From Mobula hypostoma (taxonomy: Eukaryota): DNA of 64,000 nt. Shown here in pieces: positions 1 to 13,651 of the stretch (positions within the stretch are counted from its first letter, which is position 1; each line of letters opens with the position of its first letter). The notes under the pieces were generated by a model. The model was not told the origin of the DNA, did not search any database, and worked only from the letters and a program-made list of their open reading frames with translations. Made by a program: the position numbers and the translations under genes. The stretch is from assembly GCF_963921235.1 (NCBI RefSeq), contig NC_086101.1, forward strand, positions 15,996,001 to 16,060,000, given 5' to 3'.

Positions 1-398
1 ATCTACATCTTGTGAGGCTACTGTGGTTCTTTTTGGAACTTCTGGAAATAAATTTTTAAATTTCATTTGCTGCCACTGCTGTGGCTGTAGATGAGCCAAT
101 TCGTCATCAATATTTTGCAAAATTGTCGAATTTGTTAGTCTGGAAGAAATAATGTTCCGTTTAAAATAAGCCTCAGATGGATCAACTACCAAGTTCCCAG
201 GGAGGGCGGACTCATTGTTATTGACAACAACAGTCATAGCGGCGGACTGTTTTTCATAATATGGTTTTATCATGTTTACATGACAAAGCTGCGTTGACCT
301 TTGTCGATCTGGTGTTTTTACCACATCGTCCACATTATTAACTTTAGATATATATCTCCTAAGCACCATGAAATTTAGCTTGCAAAGGGTTCGTTTGC
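1..398 (-). mobile_element. Gypsy (Gmr1-like) integrase C-terminus and pre-RT linker; continues off the window
   Basis: The minus strand reads ...VVKTPDRQRSTQLCHVNMIKPYYE... and ...FKNLFPEVPKRTT..., and is contiguous with the sequence at 8498 once the L1 is removed. Confidence 0.8.
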
Positions 399-3065
399 TG
401 TTCCGGTGACGTCATAGTTCAGAATGGCACCTTAAATCAATATATCCTCCGGAAAAACCCATGTATTGCCCCGTTAATCCATCAAATTATAAGATCTTTC
501 GAAAATATCTGAATTGATAAGGGGGGCAAGAATAGGGAAAAAGAATGGAGATTTTAAAAAAAAGCATCACTGCGGGGCCTATGGACGAGAGAGTTGCAAC
601 ACGCTGCTCTCCTAACCGAACGCGTGCTAGCGAGGCTGACGATAGGCCTCATTCAGGCGAAGCGGCAAATATGATAAAAATTTTGGAAGAGATACGGGAA
701 TTCCAAAAAGATATAAAACAGCAACTCAATGATATCAAGTCAGAGCTCGCCAACGTCAATCAAAAAATAGCGGTGGCAGATACTCGAATTGAGAAGGTGG
801 AAGATCTCATGCAAAACGTAGAACCGGTACTCATAGACGATAAAAATATAAAATCAACAAGGAAGTAAACTGATTGACCAGGAGGGAAGACCACGACGGA
901 AAAATATCAGGATATACAATGTTCCTGAAGGAGCGGAGGGTTTGTCTATGATGGAGTTTGTAGGAAAGTTGCAGTGGGACGCGCTAGAGATTCCCTCCTC
1001 TATGGAGCTTGAAATTGCGAGGGCTCATCGTGTGCTGATCCCGAGGCCTACTGGAGACAGAGAAGATAAGCTTCGCTCAATAGTAATTAGATTCATTCGA
1101 CACTATACCAAGGCAGAGATTCTACGATTGGCCTGGTGTAAGAAGAGGGTGTTTTTGGACAGGAAATTAATATATTTCGATCAAGATTAACCCCCAGCGG
1201 TCTGCAGAAACGTAAAGAACGCTCTGCAGTAAGACGAATATTAAAGCAAGGAAAGATTAGATTCCAAAATCCGTACCCTGCTAAACTGCGGGTGTTTTAT
1301 GAAAATGATATGCAACTGTATCAGACAGTGGAAGAGGCGACGACAGACATGAGGAACAGAGGGCTGCCCATCAGCATGATCAAACCAAGGGAAAACCTGG
1401 CTGAGCAGTTATCCCGATCTGCTTGGGAAATAGTAAGAGAACCGAGAAAGCAGGGGACGGGAGCAGGGCGAGAGAATATCAGAAAGAGACTGAGTTTTCC
1501 GAAGACAGCCTTCACCCCCTCCAGAAGAGCCATAAGGTTTGGCTAACTTTAAAAGTGATGATGAGATAAACGGAAGCAAAAATAGACGGTGCTATACCTA
1601 TTTCAAGAAATACTTATTATAATGTGGATTTTATATTACTTAATTTTTTTTATTCATTCATTCACTCCTTTTTCCCCACCTAAATGAGAATATATCTATG
1701 TGGGAGGAATACACAGGGAGTCTTTTCTGTGTAATGGACATAGACTTGTTCACTTACTTTTATGAGTACTGTAATGGGGGCCCTCAACTCACAGGGAGGA
1801 AGGGCTATCCCCCACGGCTAGACATTTCCTTTAGCTCAATCCAGGGTCATCTACTGGAGACCTCAGCCTTAGAATCACACCTTCGTTGCCTTTTTTATTA
1901 TTCACATTTATTGGTTCTTATTTGTTGAGGGAGTAGATCGATTAAGTTTTATTCTCCTAATTTCAATGATATATTGACAGATAAATACACATGGCTAAGG
2001 ACAAAGTAAAAATCATTTCTTTTAGTGACAATGGGCTGTTGAATCCAATCAAACGCAGTAAATTCTATCCAAAATGAAAAAAGAACAAGCCCATGTAGTA
2101 TATTTACAGGAAACTCAGTAAAGTGATAATGAGCATGGAAAACTAAAGAGAATGGGCTTCACTAATTTGTTTTACTCCTCATATAAATCAGGACATAGGA
2201 GAGGAGATGCTATTCTTATCTCAAGCAAGTTAAATTTTGAAGAAGTATTTGACATGGGAGATAAGGAGGGCAGATATATTCTGGTAGGGGGGTAAATAGA
2301 TGGAAATTCAGTTACTCTATTGAATGTATACACACCCCAGGAAGTATATTAGTTTCTTTCAGAAAATTACTAATATTATGGTAATGGAAACAGAAGGTCA
2401 TATGTGGTGGAGACTTAAATTTACAACTACAACCAAAGTTAGACTCTTCCAATAGAAAGACCTATGAAACAAAATCCTTACATAAGAAAGTTAATACACT
2501 TTTTGAGGATGTTCATTTAATTGGTATATGGAGGTACCTTTTCCCCGACAGAAGGGATTACACTCATTATTCTGCCACCCATTCTGTATATACAAGAATA
2601 GACTATTTCATAACATTTTGAAAAGACAAAGACCTGTGGAATTGGGACAATAGATGAAAGTGACCATGCACCTATATATTTATCTGTTGATTTTGACCTA
2701 CAACCAAAGAATACTATTTGGAAACTAAATTCAAGTCTACTCAATGATCCCTACTTTAACGAACAAATTAAAAAAGAAATTGGTCTTTACTTAGAATTCA
2801 ATGATAATGGAGAGGTTTCATCTCCCATTCTGTGGGATATTCTGAAGGCTGTCTTAGGAGGAGAAATTATAGCGATATCTTCATATAAGAAAAAAATAAG
2901 GAATAAAACATCTGAGGAATTACAAAATAGGCTGAAGGAACTGGACAAAAAACACAAATTGAATTTGGCACAGAATACAATAGAGGAAATTAAAATGATT
3001 AGGAATGAAATTAATCGTTTGGCTACGCAAGAAATGAGGAAAAATTTAATGCTTCTGAAACAGAG

Positions 3066-4405
3066 TGTCATGGTCCGGTCCATGAAGTCCGCATTCCGGT
3101 TCACGGTCCGGCCTGTGGACTCAGGGCTCCGGGTCTTCCAGCTGTCCCTTGTTTGAGTTAATCATAGGTACCTGATTCCCATCTTTGGGCTTGCAATATA
3201 AGTAGCCTTGGGATTGAGTGTGGGCTGCTGGTTTGTTTTGTCAAGATCCCTTGGGAGCAACCTGCCGGTGGAAGTCTGGAGCGACCACTTGCCATCTTTA
3301 AGCCATGTTGGGGAATCATCCCCTCATGGAGCCCTTGCTGTCAGTAGTCAGAGCTGTCTTTGTGGTATGGATTCAGCTGTTTCCTGGGCCAGCTGAGTGG
3401 CCGTCAGCCACTCCGATCTAGGTAGGGATCCGGCTGTTTCCGTAGCCAGCTGAGATTGCTGTCCGAACTGAGACTCAGAGCTACCCTGAAGCAGAGATGG
3501 AACTGTCTGTCGTTCTTTGGTGTTTGTCTTTTCTTGTCCTCGCCTCCGTGGGGTAAGTCAGGCCGTTTTGCCATTGCCCTGTGAGGGGGACATGTCTTGT
3601 CTTGTCTTTGCCTCTGTTGGGTAAGTCTGGCTGTTCTGCCGTTACCCAACAGGTGGACCAGTCCCACCTTGGTATGGAGAGGTTGAGTCCTGGATTGTCT
3701 AAGTATAAGTCCCAGCTCTATGTCCATGTCCTGTCCTGTCTCATGTTGGTGTCGTGTTAACGATGAGTCCCGGCTTTTCGGAGGACAAGACCCGGCTCTA
3801 TGTTAATGTTCAGTTCTCAGTTGGTCTCTCAGCTCCAGCCTCCGAGTTATCAGCCTCCGCATTTCAAGACAAAGATCCCGCAGCCAAGCTCCAAGATCCA
3901 AGCCTCGAAGATCCCGCAGCCAAGCTCCAAGAAACCAAGCGTCGAAGATCCCGCAGCCAAGCTCCAAGAGCCCAAGCCTCGAAGATTCCGTATCCAAGCT
4001 CAAGACTCAAGAACCCAAGCCGAGGATCCCAAGCCAAACTCAAGACCCAAGACTGCAGCCTCAAGCCTCAAGAGCTAAGACCCCAGCCTGTCTCCAAGCT
4101 CTGGCCTCCAGACCCCAGCCACGTCCTGTCCTGAAGCCATGTCATGTCCTTGCCTGGTTCCGGGATACAAGCCCGAGGCAAGACCCAGGTTATGGGTCCT
4201 TGTCCAGTCTGGGGCTCGGAGTCCAAACCTTGTCTCCTAGTCCATGGTTCCTAGTCCTGGTCCCGCTTTCCCTAGCCCAAGTCTGCGTTCTTGTCACTGC
4301 TCCTTGCCTGAATCCTATCACGTCCCTACTCTAGTCAAGTTCTGTTCCTTGTACTTCAGTGTCTGTGTCTTGCATTTGGGTCTGTTCCCAGCACGTTATG
4401 TGACA
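3066..4405 (+). mobile_element. Solo LTR-like element (1340 bp) with internal VNTR, inserted in L1 ORF2
   Basis: TGTCA...TGACA termini and 5-bp TSD cagag (3061-65, 4406-10). Removing it restores L1 ...LKQRHYE.... Confidence 0.85.
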
Positions 4406-5263
4406 CAGAGACATTATGAGAGTGCATCTAAGTCTATGAAAATACTGGCGTGGAGACTGAAGAATAAGACAGCAAAAAAATACAATTCATAGAATTAGGG
4501 ATTCAAGAACAAAAATGATAAAAAATAAACTAAGTGAAATTCAAGAAGCTTTTGAAGTGTTTTACAAAACTCTATATTCCAAAGTTCCAGGGAGAAACAT
4601 AATCAAATTTGACACTTTCCTGAATTCTCTAGAGTTACCCACTTTAAGCGAAGAACAAAATAGAACGATGACTGCTGACATAACTGAAGTTGAAATAAAA
4701 GCCGCAATTAGTAGGCTTAAATTAAGCAAGTTACCAGATTCAGATGGGTCGGCAGAGTGGTACAAAGATATTAAAAATGTGTTAATTCCTGTCTTAGTCC
4801 CCACACTGAACTCGGCTCTAAAAACGCGCAAATGCCACCCAGCTGGAAGGAGGCGATAATCTCAGCTATACCGAAAGAAGGCAAGGATAAAATGGAATGT
4901 GGGCCATTTAGACCAATATCCGTTCTTAATGTAGATTACAGATTATTTCCCTCCATCATGGCCAAACAATTAGAAGGGTTTCTACTCATACTGATACATA
5001 AGGATCAGACAGGTTTTATACAACAACGCCAAACACAAGACAATAGATGAAGGACACTTCACATTATGAATCATATACAAAAAAAAAATAAAATCGAAGC
5101 AATAGTGATAGACGTGGACGCTGAGGAGGCATTTCATTCGGTTAATTGGAATTTTCTTTACAGAGTTTTACATAGATTTCATTTCCATGACACAGTTATT
5201 AAAACTATACAAGCACTATATGACACCCCACTGCTGGGATTAAAATCAATGGATATTTATCAA

Positions 5264-6392
5264 ACGCAGACATGAGGAAAACTACAGATACTGGAAATTC
5301 AAGCAACACATACAAAAAATGCTGGAACGCAGCAGGCCAGGCAGCATCTATAGGAAAAGGAACAGTCGACGTTGCGGACCAGGACCCTTCATCAGGACTA
5401 ACTGAAAGAAGAGATAGTAAGAGATTTGAAAGTGGGAGGGGGAGGAGAGATCGGAAATGATAGGAGAAGAGAGGGGGTGGTGGTGAATCTAAGAGCTGGA
5501 AAGTTGATTGGCAAAACGGATACCAGGCTGGAGAAGGGAGAAGATCATGGGATGGGATGCCTGGGGAGAAAGAGAAGTGGGGAGGGGAGCCCGGATGGTG
5601 GAGAGCAGGCAAGGAGTTATAGTAAGTGGGACAGAGGAAGAAAAAAGAGAGAGAGAGAAAAAAAGGGGGGGGGGGATTATATATATATATATAAAGAACT
5701 AATAAATAAACAAATAAGGGATGGGGTGTGAAGGGGAGGAAGAGCATTAACGGAAGTTAAGGAAGTCAATATTCATGCCATCAGGTTGGAGGCTACCCAG
5801 ACGGAATATAAGGTGTTGTTCCTCCAACCTGAGTGTGGCTTCATCTTGACAGTAGAGGAGACTGTCAAGATGAAGATACACTCAGGTTGGAGGAAGAACA
5901 CCTTATATTTCGTTTGGGTAGCCTCCAACCTGATGGCATAACTATTGACTTCTCTAACTTCCGTTAATGCTCCTTCCTTATTTGTTTATTTAATAATTTT
6001 TTTAACTCTTTTTTTATTCCCCCCCCCCTTTTCTCAGTCTCTCTCTTTTCTCCCTCTGTCCCTCTCACTATAACTCCTTGCCTGTTCTCCACCCACCGGG
6101 CTCCCCTCCCTCCTTCTCTTTCTCTCCAGGCTTCCCGTCCCATGATCCTCTCCCTTCTCCAGCCTGGTATCCCTTTTGCCAATCAACTGTCCAGCTCTTA
6201 GATCCACTCCTCCCCTGCTGTCTTCTCCTATCATTTCGGATCTCCCCCTCGCCCTTCTCAATTTCAACTCTCTTACTATGTCTTCTTTCAGTTAGTCCTG
6301 ACGAAGGGTCCCGGCCCGAAATTACGACTGTACCTCTTCCTATAGATGCTGCCTGGCCTGCTGCGTTCACCAGCATTTTGTGAGTGTTGCTG
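5264..6392. mobile_element. Inverted (fold-back) pair of Penelope-like element fragments inserted in L1 RT
   Basis: Arms are reverse complements around a 7-nt loop at 5854-5860. They encode a GIY-YIG tail of the type LEEQHLIFRLGSLQPDGMNIDF. A 13-bp duplication ggatatttatcaa lies at 5251-63 and 6393-6405. Confidence 0.8.
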
Positions 6393-9300
6393 GGATATTT
6401 ATCAAGTTGTTTTACCCTAGAAAGGGACACAAGAAACAGGGTTGTGCATGGTCACCGCTACTCTTCGCATTATATCTGGAACCATTAGTACAATACATCA
6501 GACAAAATGAAGATAACAGGGTAATTACTATTAAAGGGACAGAGCATAAATTGGCCTGTTACGCGAATGACATTTTGATTTACCTAGGGCAACCAACATA
6601 CTCTTTACCTAATTTGATGCAATCCTTTGAACAATATGGTCAATTATCAGGATACAAGATCAACATAGACAAAACACAATTACTTTTGTATAACTATAGC
6701 CCACCAAGAGTAATTGAAAGTAGATATCCCTGGGCATGGCAAACAGTCTTTCAAATATTTGGGCATCATTATGCCAAAAGATTTGTCAAAATTATCAGAA
6801 TGCTATTATCAGCCTATATATAAAAACAATTAAGGAAGATATAACAAAATGGAACCTATTTCCTTTTTTTAGTCTCAGTTCAAGGATTGAATCTATTAAA
6901 ATGAATATATTGCCCAGGCTACCATATGTCTTTCAGACCCTACCAAAAGAGATTAATCAGAATCAATTCAATGAATGGAACAAAATGTTATCAAGATATA
7001 TATGGCAAGGTAAATGGCCTGGAGTTCGTCTAAAAACTTTGCAATTAGACAAGGAAAAGGGGGGATGGGGCCTACCTTCTCTTTGAGATTATTATTTTGC
7101 AGCACAGTTGAGAGCTGTGATATGTTGGTGCAATCCATCATATGATGCTCAGTGGAAAAACATTGAGGTGGGGATACTTCCCATCCCCATACAAGCAATA
7201 TTGGCTGATAATAACCGACAAAGGAACATAAATACTATTGATAATCCATGGGTGAAATGGACTCTTAAAATATGGAAAACTATTGTAAAAGAATATAAAC
7301 TAGAGGGAGATATTGCAATTCTTAAATGGTGTGCATATGACTCGGATTTTACGCCTAATAAACTGGATACCAGATTGAAGGACTGGACAGCTAAAGGAAT
7401 AACAATTCTTTGCAATATAATGAAAGAAGGAACACTGTTCAGTTTTAAATTACTTAAAGAGAAACACTTATTAGAAAAACAAGACTTTTATCAGTATCTA
7501 CAGATGCGACATTATGTTAATAGGAGGGTTAAAAATGTAACCAATGTAAGTAAATATTTGATAGAGCTATTTAGAAAAGCATATAATTCAGATAACTGTA
7601 GTAGAATCATTTCAAGCATGTATAAGGGTTTTTCAAATCTTAAAACACGTTCGACTTCATACATTAAAACAAAATGGGAAAAGAAAGGAGGGATAATTAT
7701 ATCTGAGGAAGAATGGACAATAATATGGAGGTATCAATGGAAGTGTACCAGTTCACAGAAATGGAGGGAGTTTGGATAGAAAAAACTTGATAAGATATTT
7801 TATTACACCCTCTCAGAAATCCCATTATGATATTGTAGTAACCTCCCTATTTGCTGAAGAAATTCTAGAAATCAAAATGCAAACCATTATCATATTTTCT
7901 GGGATTGCCCCATTATAAAAGACTGATGGGGTCCAATATACAATGCCCTACAAAACATCTTTAAATGTGAAATACCCCTAGAAAGTAAGACCATATATCT
8001 TGGGTATGTACCTCAAGAATGGTTGAAAAGAGATAACTATTTAATGAATATACTGCTGGTGACTGGTAAAAAGACTCTTACCAGGAAATGGTTATCACAG
8101 GAAAGTCCAACGTTAAATGCATGGATGGAAATTACAATGGATATTTACAAAATGGAGAAGATAACAGAAACTGTTAATCATAAGTTGGAACAATTTGATT
8201 CATACTGGGAAAGATGGTTCAACTACATAACACCTCATAGGCCTGATTTTATTCTCACAAATCAATGAATATGTTGTAAAAAAAAGATCACTCCCTACTT
8301 GTACATAGTTTTCTCTTTTTGCTTGTTCCTTCTTTCCTCACTTTTCTATAGGTGTATACCTCAGATAAATATTATGTGCAGATTTATGGCAAATATGATT
8401 ATATGATATATATGTACAATACCTGAAATACGTCTTATGGAAATGTTTGTTTGATGATGAACTTCAATAAAAAATAAAATACAAAGGGTTCGTTTGCACA
8501 GGGAAAAGAACCAACACCTTATCTCCCGGCTTGAATGACATCATTCTAGCTTTTTTTGTCACACCAAGTTTTTATTCTTTCCTGAGCAGATTTTAAATTT
8601 TCCCTTGCTAAGCTGCAAACATTTGCAATCTCTCCTGAAAATTAAGACATAATACAGCAAATTAGTATGTAGTTCTTTGTTAACCCACTGTTCTTTTAAC
8701 AATGCCAAAGGTCCTTGGACTCGGTGCCCAAACACAAGTTCAATGGGACTAAAGCCTAGGGATTCGCGCACTGACTCCCTTACTGCAAACAAAAGCAAAT
8801 GAACTCCCTCATCCCAGTCCTTCTCTTTTTCAATACAAAATGTCCTAATCATGGCTTTTATGGTAGAATGGAACCTTTCTAAGGCCCCTTGTGATTCTGG
8901 ATGGTACGCAGATGACGCAATCTGTTTGGCTCCCTGTTTATAAACTACCTGCTGAAATAATGCCGACATAAAATTACTTTCCTGATCAGACTGGATTTCT
9001 TTAGGCAACCCAAATAAAGTAAAAAAAACTTTATGAGAGCCTTCGACACAGTTTTAGTTTTTATATTCCTGGGAGGTACTGCTTCTGGAAACCTAGATGC
9101 TGTACACATGATGGTCAGTAAATATTGACGGCCAGCTTTAGTTTTTGGCAATGGGCCAACACAATCCACAATAACTTTAGAAAACGGTTCACCAAATGCA
9201 GGGATAGGTTGCAATGGGACCACTAGGGTGACTTGATTAGGTTTACCCCCAACCTGACAAGTGTGACAAGCTCGACAAAATTTCGCCACATCTTTCCTCA

Positions 9301-9427
9301 ACCCAGGCCAGAAAAAGTGTTTGAAAACATTGTTCACAGTTTTATTCACACCAAGATAGCCACTCAGGGGCATACTATGAGCCAAAGTTAAAATCTCATT
9401 CCTCCTAGACTTCAGGAAATCCGCTAT

Positions 9428-10115
9428 CGGGAGAAGATGGCGGCGCGACGACAGCGTGCGCGGCCTCTCCGGTGATGAATAGCTGTTAGTGGCAAGTAGG
9501 GGACCGTGCACAATCCTGATTTGATGGAGATAGATGTGAGTGCATAGCGGAACATCTGGCAAACTTCTGAAATGTCTGCTTTGCTACCGCTGCTACTGTG
9601 TGGTACCGGAATCTCTGGAGCTGAAGGCCTCGAAATCCTCGGCTTTGCGTGTTTCAGCGGCCGGGGAGAGGTTGAAGGCGCTTGGCAGAGGATGGCGCTC
9701 GGAAGGCTGTATCGGAGAGGCTGCTCGGAAGCTCGGAGTTTTCGGACGGATGGACTCAGGGTCAGCGGTGGTCGGTTGCTTCCAAGGTATCGGCAAGTTG
9801 ACGGTGCCTGGAGGTTTATGGCAGGGAGTTTCTCCTTTTTGCCGCTGCTATCGGGGACTCGGGAGTCGATCGACTCGGGGACTTTGAGACCTTTTTTTAC
9901 TGTGCCTCTGGACTGTTCTTCATCAAATTATGGTATTGCTTTTCACTGCTGTAACTATATGGTATAATTATGTGGTTCTGTCAGTATTAGTCTTTGGTCT
10001 GTCTTGTTTTCTGTGATATCACGCAGGAGAAACATTGTATCATTTCTTAATGCATGTATGCGTTTCTAAACGGCAATAAAGGAGGACTGAGTGTTCTCAT
10101 AATCTAATCTAATCT
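9428..10115 (+). mobile_element. Non-autonomous retroposon inserted in the gypsy pol gene
   Basis: GC-rich 5' end gggagaagatggcggcg, then AATAAA and an (AATCT)3 tail; it interrupts the integrase N-terminal region. Confidence 0.6.
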
Positions 10116-12035
10116 ACTACCTGGTGAAGAACTGCCCAATTCTCACTTGCAGGAATCTCAGTTGGTCTCCACTTCCTCATTTACATCCTACCCTTGAAAT
10201 ACGACCCTACTGGCACCTTCTCAATCTCATTATCTGGGACAGCTTTTCCTCTTAAAGTGGCAATCTCAGGGTTTCTGCTCTGCTATAGTCTCCTTCCTAG
10301 ACAGAGACAAGTCTTTATGGTCAGACTTACTACAAGGATCTTGATCAAACAATGAAGGTATAAAAGTTACTGACAAATCATCAAAATCTGAATCCAGATT
10401 TGAACTGTCATGTGCAGCAGACACATGCTGCATAGAAATATCTGCCTTGGCAGACTTTTTGGCCATAGCTCGGGTTACTGCACAGGAGGGGTACATGTTA
10501 GAATCCATCTTTGGATCATCACTGATTGGCTTAGTTGTCAGCAGCACTGCAGGAACAACTTTTCCCCTTGCCATGTTATTCCCTAACAGTAAAGAAACAC
10601 CATCCACCGGTAAACTGGTACGTAGTCCTATTTTAACAGGTCCTGAAACTAACCCTGACTCTTTGAGCAGAGGTACAGGTGGTCCCCAATACCTCGTATA
10701 AGATTTACCTCACCAGTGGCAGTCTCATCACAAAACACTATCTAACATAAGTGATTGAGAAGCCCCAGTATCCCAAAGAATTTTTACGGGTACTTGGGTG
10801 GACCCTACTTTCACGGAAACAAATCCCTCTGACATAAAATGATCAAATTCCTTCCTAACTTGGTCAGACCTTGACAGAGCCTCCTTTGAATGTCCCGAAC
10901 CCTGCTGGTTTATGGGTGTTTCAAAGGGTTGCACACAGGCATCGGGAACTGCCTCCTTTTCCCTTTTCTTCAGTCGGAAACAGTTCGCCATAACATGAGC
11001 AGATTTCCTACAATAGTGACAAATAGGACAAAATGTTTTTTCTTCACTTGCTTCCCTTCATCCTTACCTTTATCACTAGCTTCCGATTTAATTTCTGGTT
11101 TACCCTGACTATCCATGCTGCTCTTTTGAAAAGTTTTACTCGGAGTAAACTTACCCTTGTGGGTTAAAGCAAACTCATCTGCCAATTTAGCAGACTCTTG
11201 CAACTTGGCAGAGTTCTTCTCATTCAGATATGCCTTTATGTCATTAGGGACGCACCTTTTAAATTCCCCAATGAAAACCAACTCTTTCAAGTTGTCATAA
11301 CCTCCATTCACATTTTTAGAGGTACACCAGCGCACAAAACACACAGATTTGTCATAAGCAAATTACACATTCACAGATGTCTTCAGACCCCTAAATCTTT
11401 GTCTATAAGCTTCCAGAAGCAATTCATAAGCTTTAAGTATAACCTGCTTCACAGTATCGTAATCAGCAGCCTGTTCGCTGGTTAAGGCTGTATAAACCTG
11501 TTGTGCTTTACCTTTAATTACACTTTGCAAAAGGGCAAGCCAGCCATCTTTCGGCCACTGTGAACTCCAAGCAACTTTTTCAAAATGCTGGAAGTATTTA
11601 TCAACTTCTGCCTTATTAACTAGAGGAACCAATTTAACTTCCTGACTGGCAACAAACGGTACAACCGGTTTCCTCGAACCAGCTTGCTTCTCGAGCCTCA
11701 ACTTCTCTATCGCTAGCTCAAATTACCTTTGTTTTTCTGCAGCTTCTCTCTCTTTATCTCTTTCCCTTTCCACCATCTCTACTTTAAATACCTCGAACTT
11801 CATTTTTCCCAGTTGTGGCTGCATCTCAAGTTTACTTACAGGAAACTTCCCTAACACCTCTTCATCAAACACTTTCGTGGCTATATACTGCTCAGCTATT
11901 TTCCTCTGAACCACTGGCTTTGCCGTAGCCGTCGTTATCCCTGTAAGCTTCAGTTCTTTAGCAATCTCCAGCACCTCACCCTTTTTCGCTTTCTCTAATG
12001 CCGCAGGGGTTGGTGATTCCAGAAAGTCCCCAACA

Positions 12036-13512
12036 CTTCTTTTTTCGGCAGTTTGAACGGGGAACGACAGCGCAAGCGCGTGAATGTCGGCCTGTGAGAA
12101 TAGCGGGAGAGTTTAAAAAGCGAGCAGATAAACGGAGCAGGCGACGGAATAGTGGGAGACAAATTAGGAAGGCAACACTCACGAAAAATGCTGGAGAACG
12201 CAGCAGGCCAGGCAGCATCTATTAGAAGAGGTACACTCGACGCTTTGGGCCAAGACGTCGATTGCGCCTCTTCCTATAGATGCTGCCTGGCCTGCTGCGT
12301 TCACCAACATTTTTTGTGTGTGTTGCTTGAAATTCCAGCATTTGCAAATTTCCTCATGGACGACCTACCAGAGACAAGTTGTAGTGGTCACGTGTCTGGC
12401 ACCATGACTGGACCCTCAACTCAGAAGGGAAGTGAGGAAAAGAGGAGAGCAGTAGTGATAGGGGATTCGATAGTTAGGGGGACAGATAAGAGGTTCTGTG
12501 GGAGAGATCGAGAATCCCGGATGGTCTGTTGCCTCCCTGGTGCCAAGGTCCACAATATCTCGGATCGAGTTCTCAGTATTCTCAAGGGGGGGGGGCGGGG
12601 GTGAGCATCCAGATGTCGTGGTCCATGTAGGGACCTATGACGTGGATCGAAAGAAGGAGTAGGTCCTGCAAAGAGGGTTTAGGGAGTTAGGTGCAAAGTT
12701 GAAGAACAGGACTTCCAGGGTTGCAATCTCAGGATTGCTACCCGTGCCACGTGCGAGGGAGTCTAGAAACAGGAAGATAATTCAGCTAAATACGTGACTA
12801 AGGAATTGGTGCAGGAGGGAGGGCTTCATGTTTCTCGACAATTGGGTCTTGTTCCCGGGAAGGTGGGACCTGTTCCGACGGGATGGGTTGCACCTGAACT
12901 GGAGAGAGACTAACATCCTTGTGGGAAGGTTTGCTAGTGCTGCTCCAGGGGGTTTAAACTAGATGTGCAGGGGGAGGGGTACCAAAGTGTTAGAGCAAAT
13001 AGTGAGGCGGAGGAGGATAAACGTCACACGAGAACTGCAAGTATAGACAGAAAGCAACGGTTTGTATGAGATAGAAATGTTCTCAGGTGCATCTATTTCA
13101 ATGCAAGGAGTATTGTCGGTAATGCAGATGAGCGCAGAGCGTGAATACAAAATAATCTGCAGATGCTGGGGTCAAAGAAACACTCACAACATGCTGGAGG
13201 AACTCAGCAGGTCGGGCAGCATCCGTGGAAAAGATCGGTCGACGTTTCGGGCCGGAACCCTTCGTCAGGACGTGGATTAGCACGTGGGATTAGAGTGTGG
13301 TGGGAGTGTGGAACGAGCTGCCATCTGACGTGGTAAATGCGGGATCACTCTTAATTTTAAGAACAAATTGGATAGATACATGGATGACAAAGGTATGGAG
13401 GGTTATGGACTGGGTGCGGGTCAATGGGAAGAGCGGAATAAAGTTTGGCACAGACTAGAAGGGCTGAATGGCCTGTTGTCTGTGCTGTAGTGTTCTATGA
13501 TTCTATGGTTCT
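12036..13512 (+). mobile_element. Internally deleted CR1 LINE containing two Penelope-derived inserts; splits the gag start
   Basis: CR1 ORF1 esterase-like text (AVVIGDSIVRGTD...) and a (TTCTATG)n tail. The flanks rejoin to ATG GAT GTT GGG GAC TTT CTG GAA. Confidence 0.75.
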
Positions 13513-13651
13513 AACATCCATTGCTGCTGATCGCCACACACAAACCAATCAAAGAAAAGGAATTGGGTATTTCCCTTTCCCCAAACAAATCAATAATTAA
13601 ACAGTAAATAAGCTCTAAATTTGTTCACATCTGGATGAGACCCAATTTTTA

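Larger units (their letters stand above)
399..8481 (+). mobile_element. Full-length but disrupted L1-clade LINE (ORF1 ~545-1546; ORF2 EN-RT-C ~1991-8268)
   Basis: ORF1p motifs (coiled coil, IARAHRV, IVIRF, LIYFDQD), an endonuclease start, RT motifs (QGCAWSPLLFAL, degenerate YAND), an A-rich tail with AATAAA, and the 16-bp TSD caaagggttcgtttgc at 383-398 and 8482-8497. Confidence 0.92.

Noticed and set aside
3754-4134. Overlapping repetitive ORFs, also at 48361-49056
   Set aside because: They are by-products of the tandem repeats inside the solo LTRs and show no domain signature.
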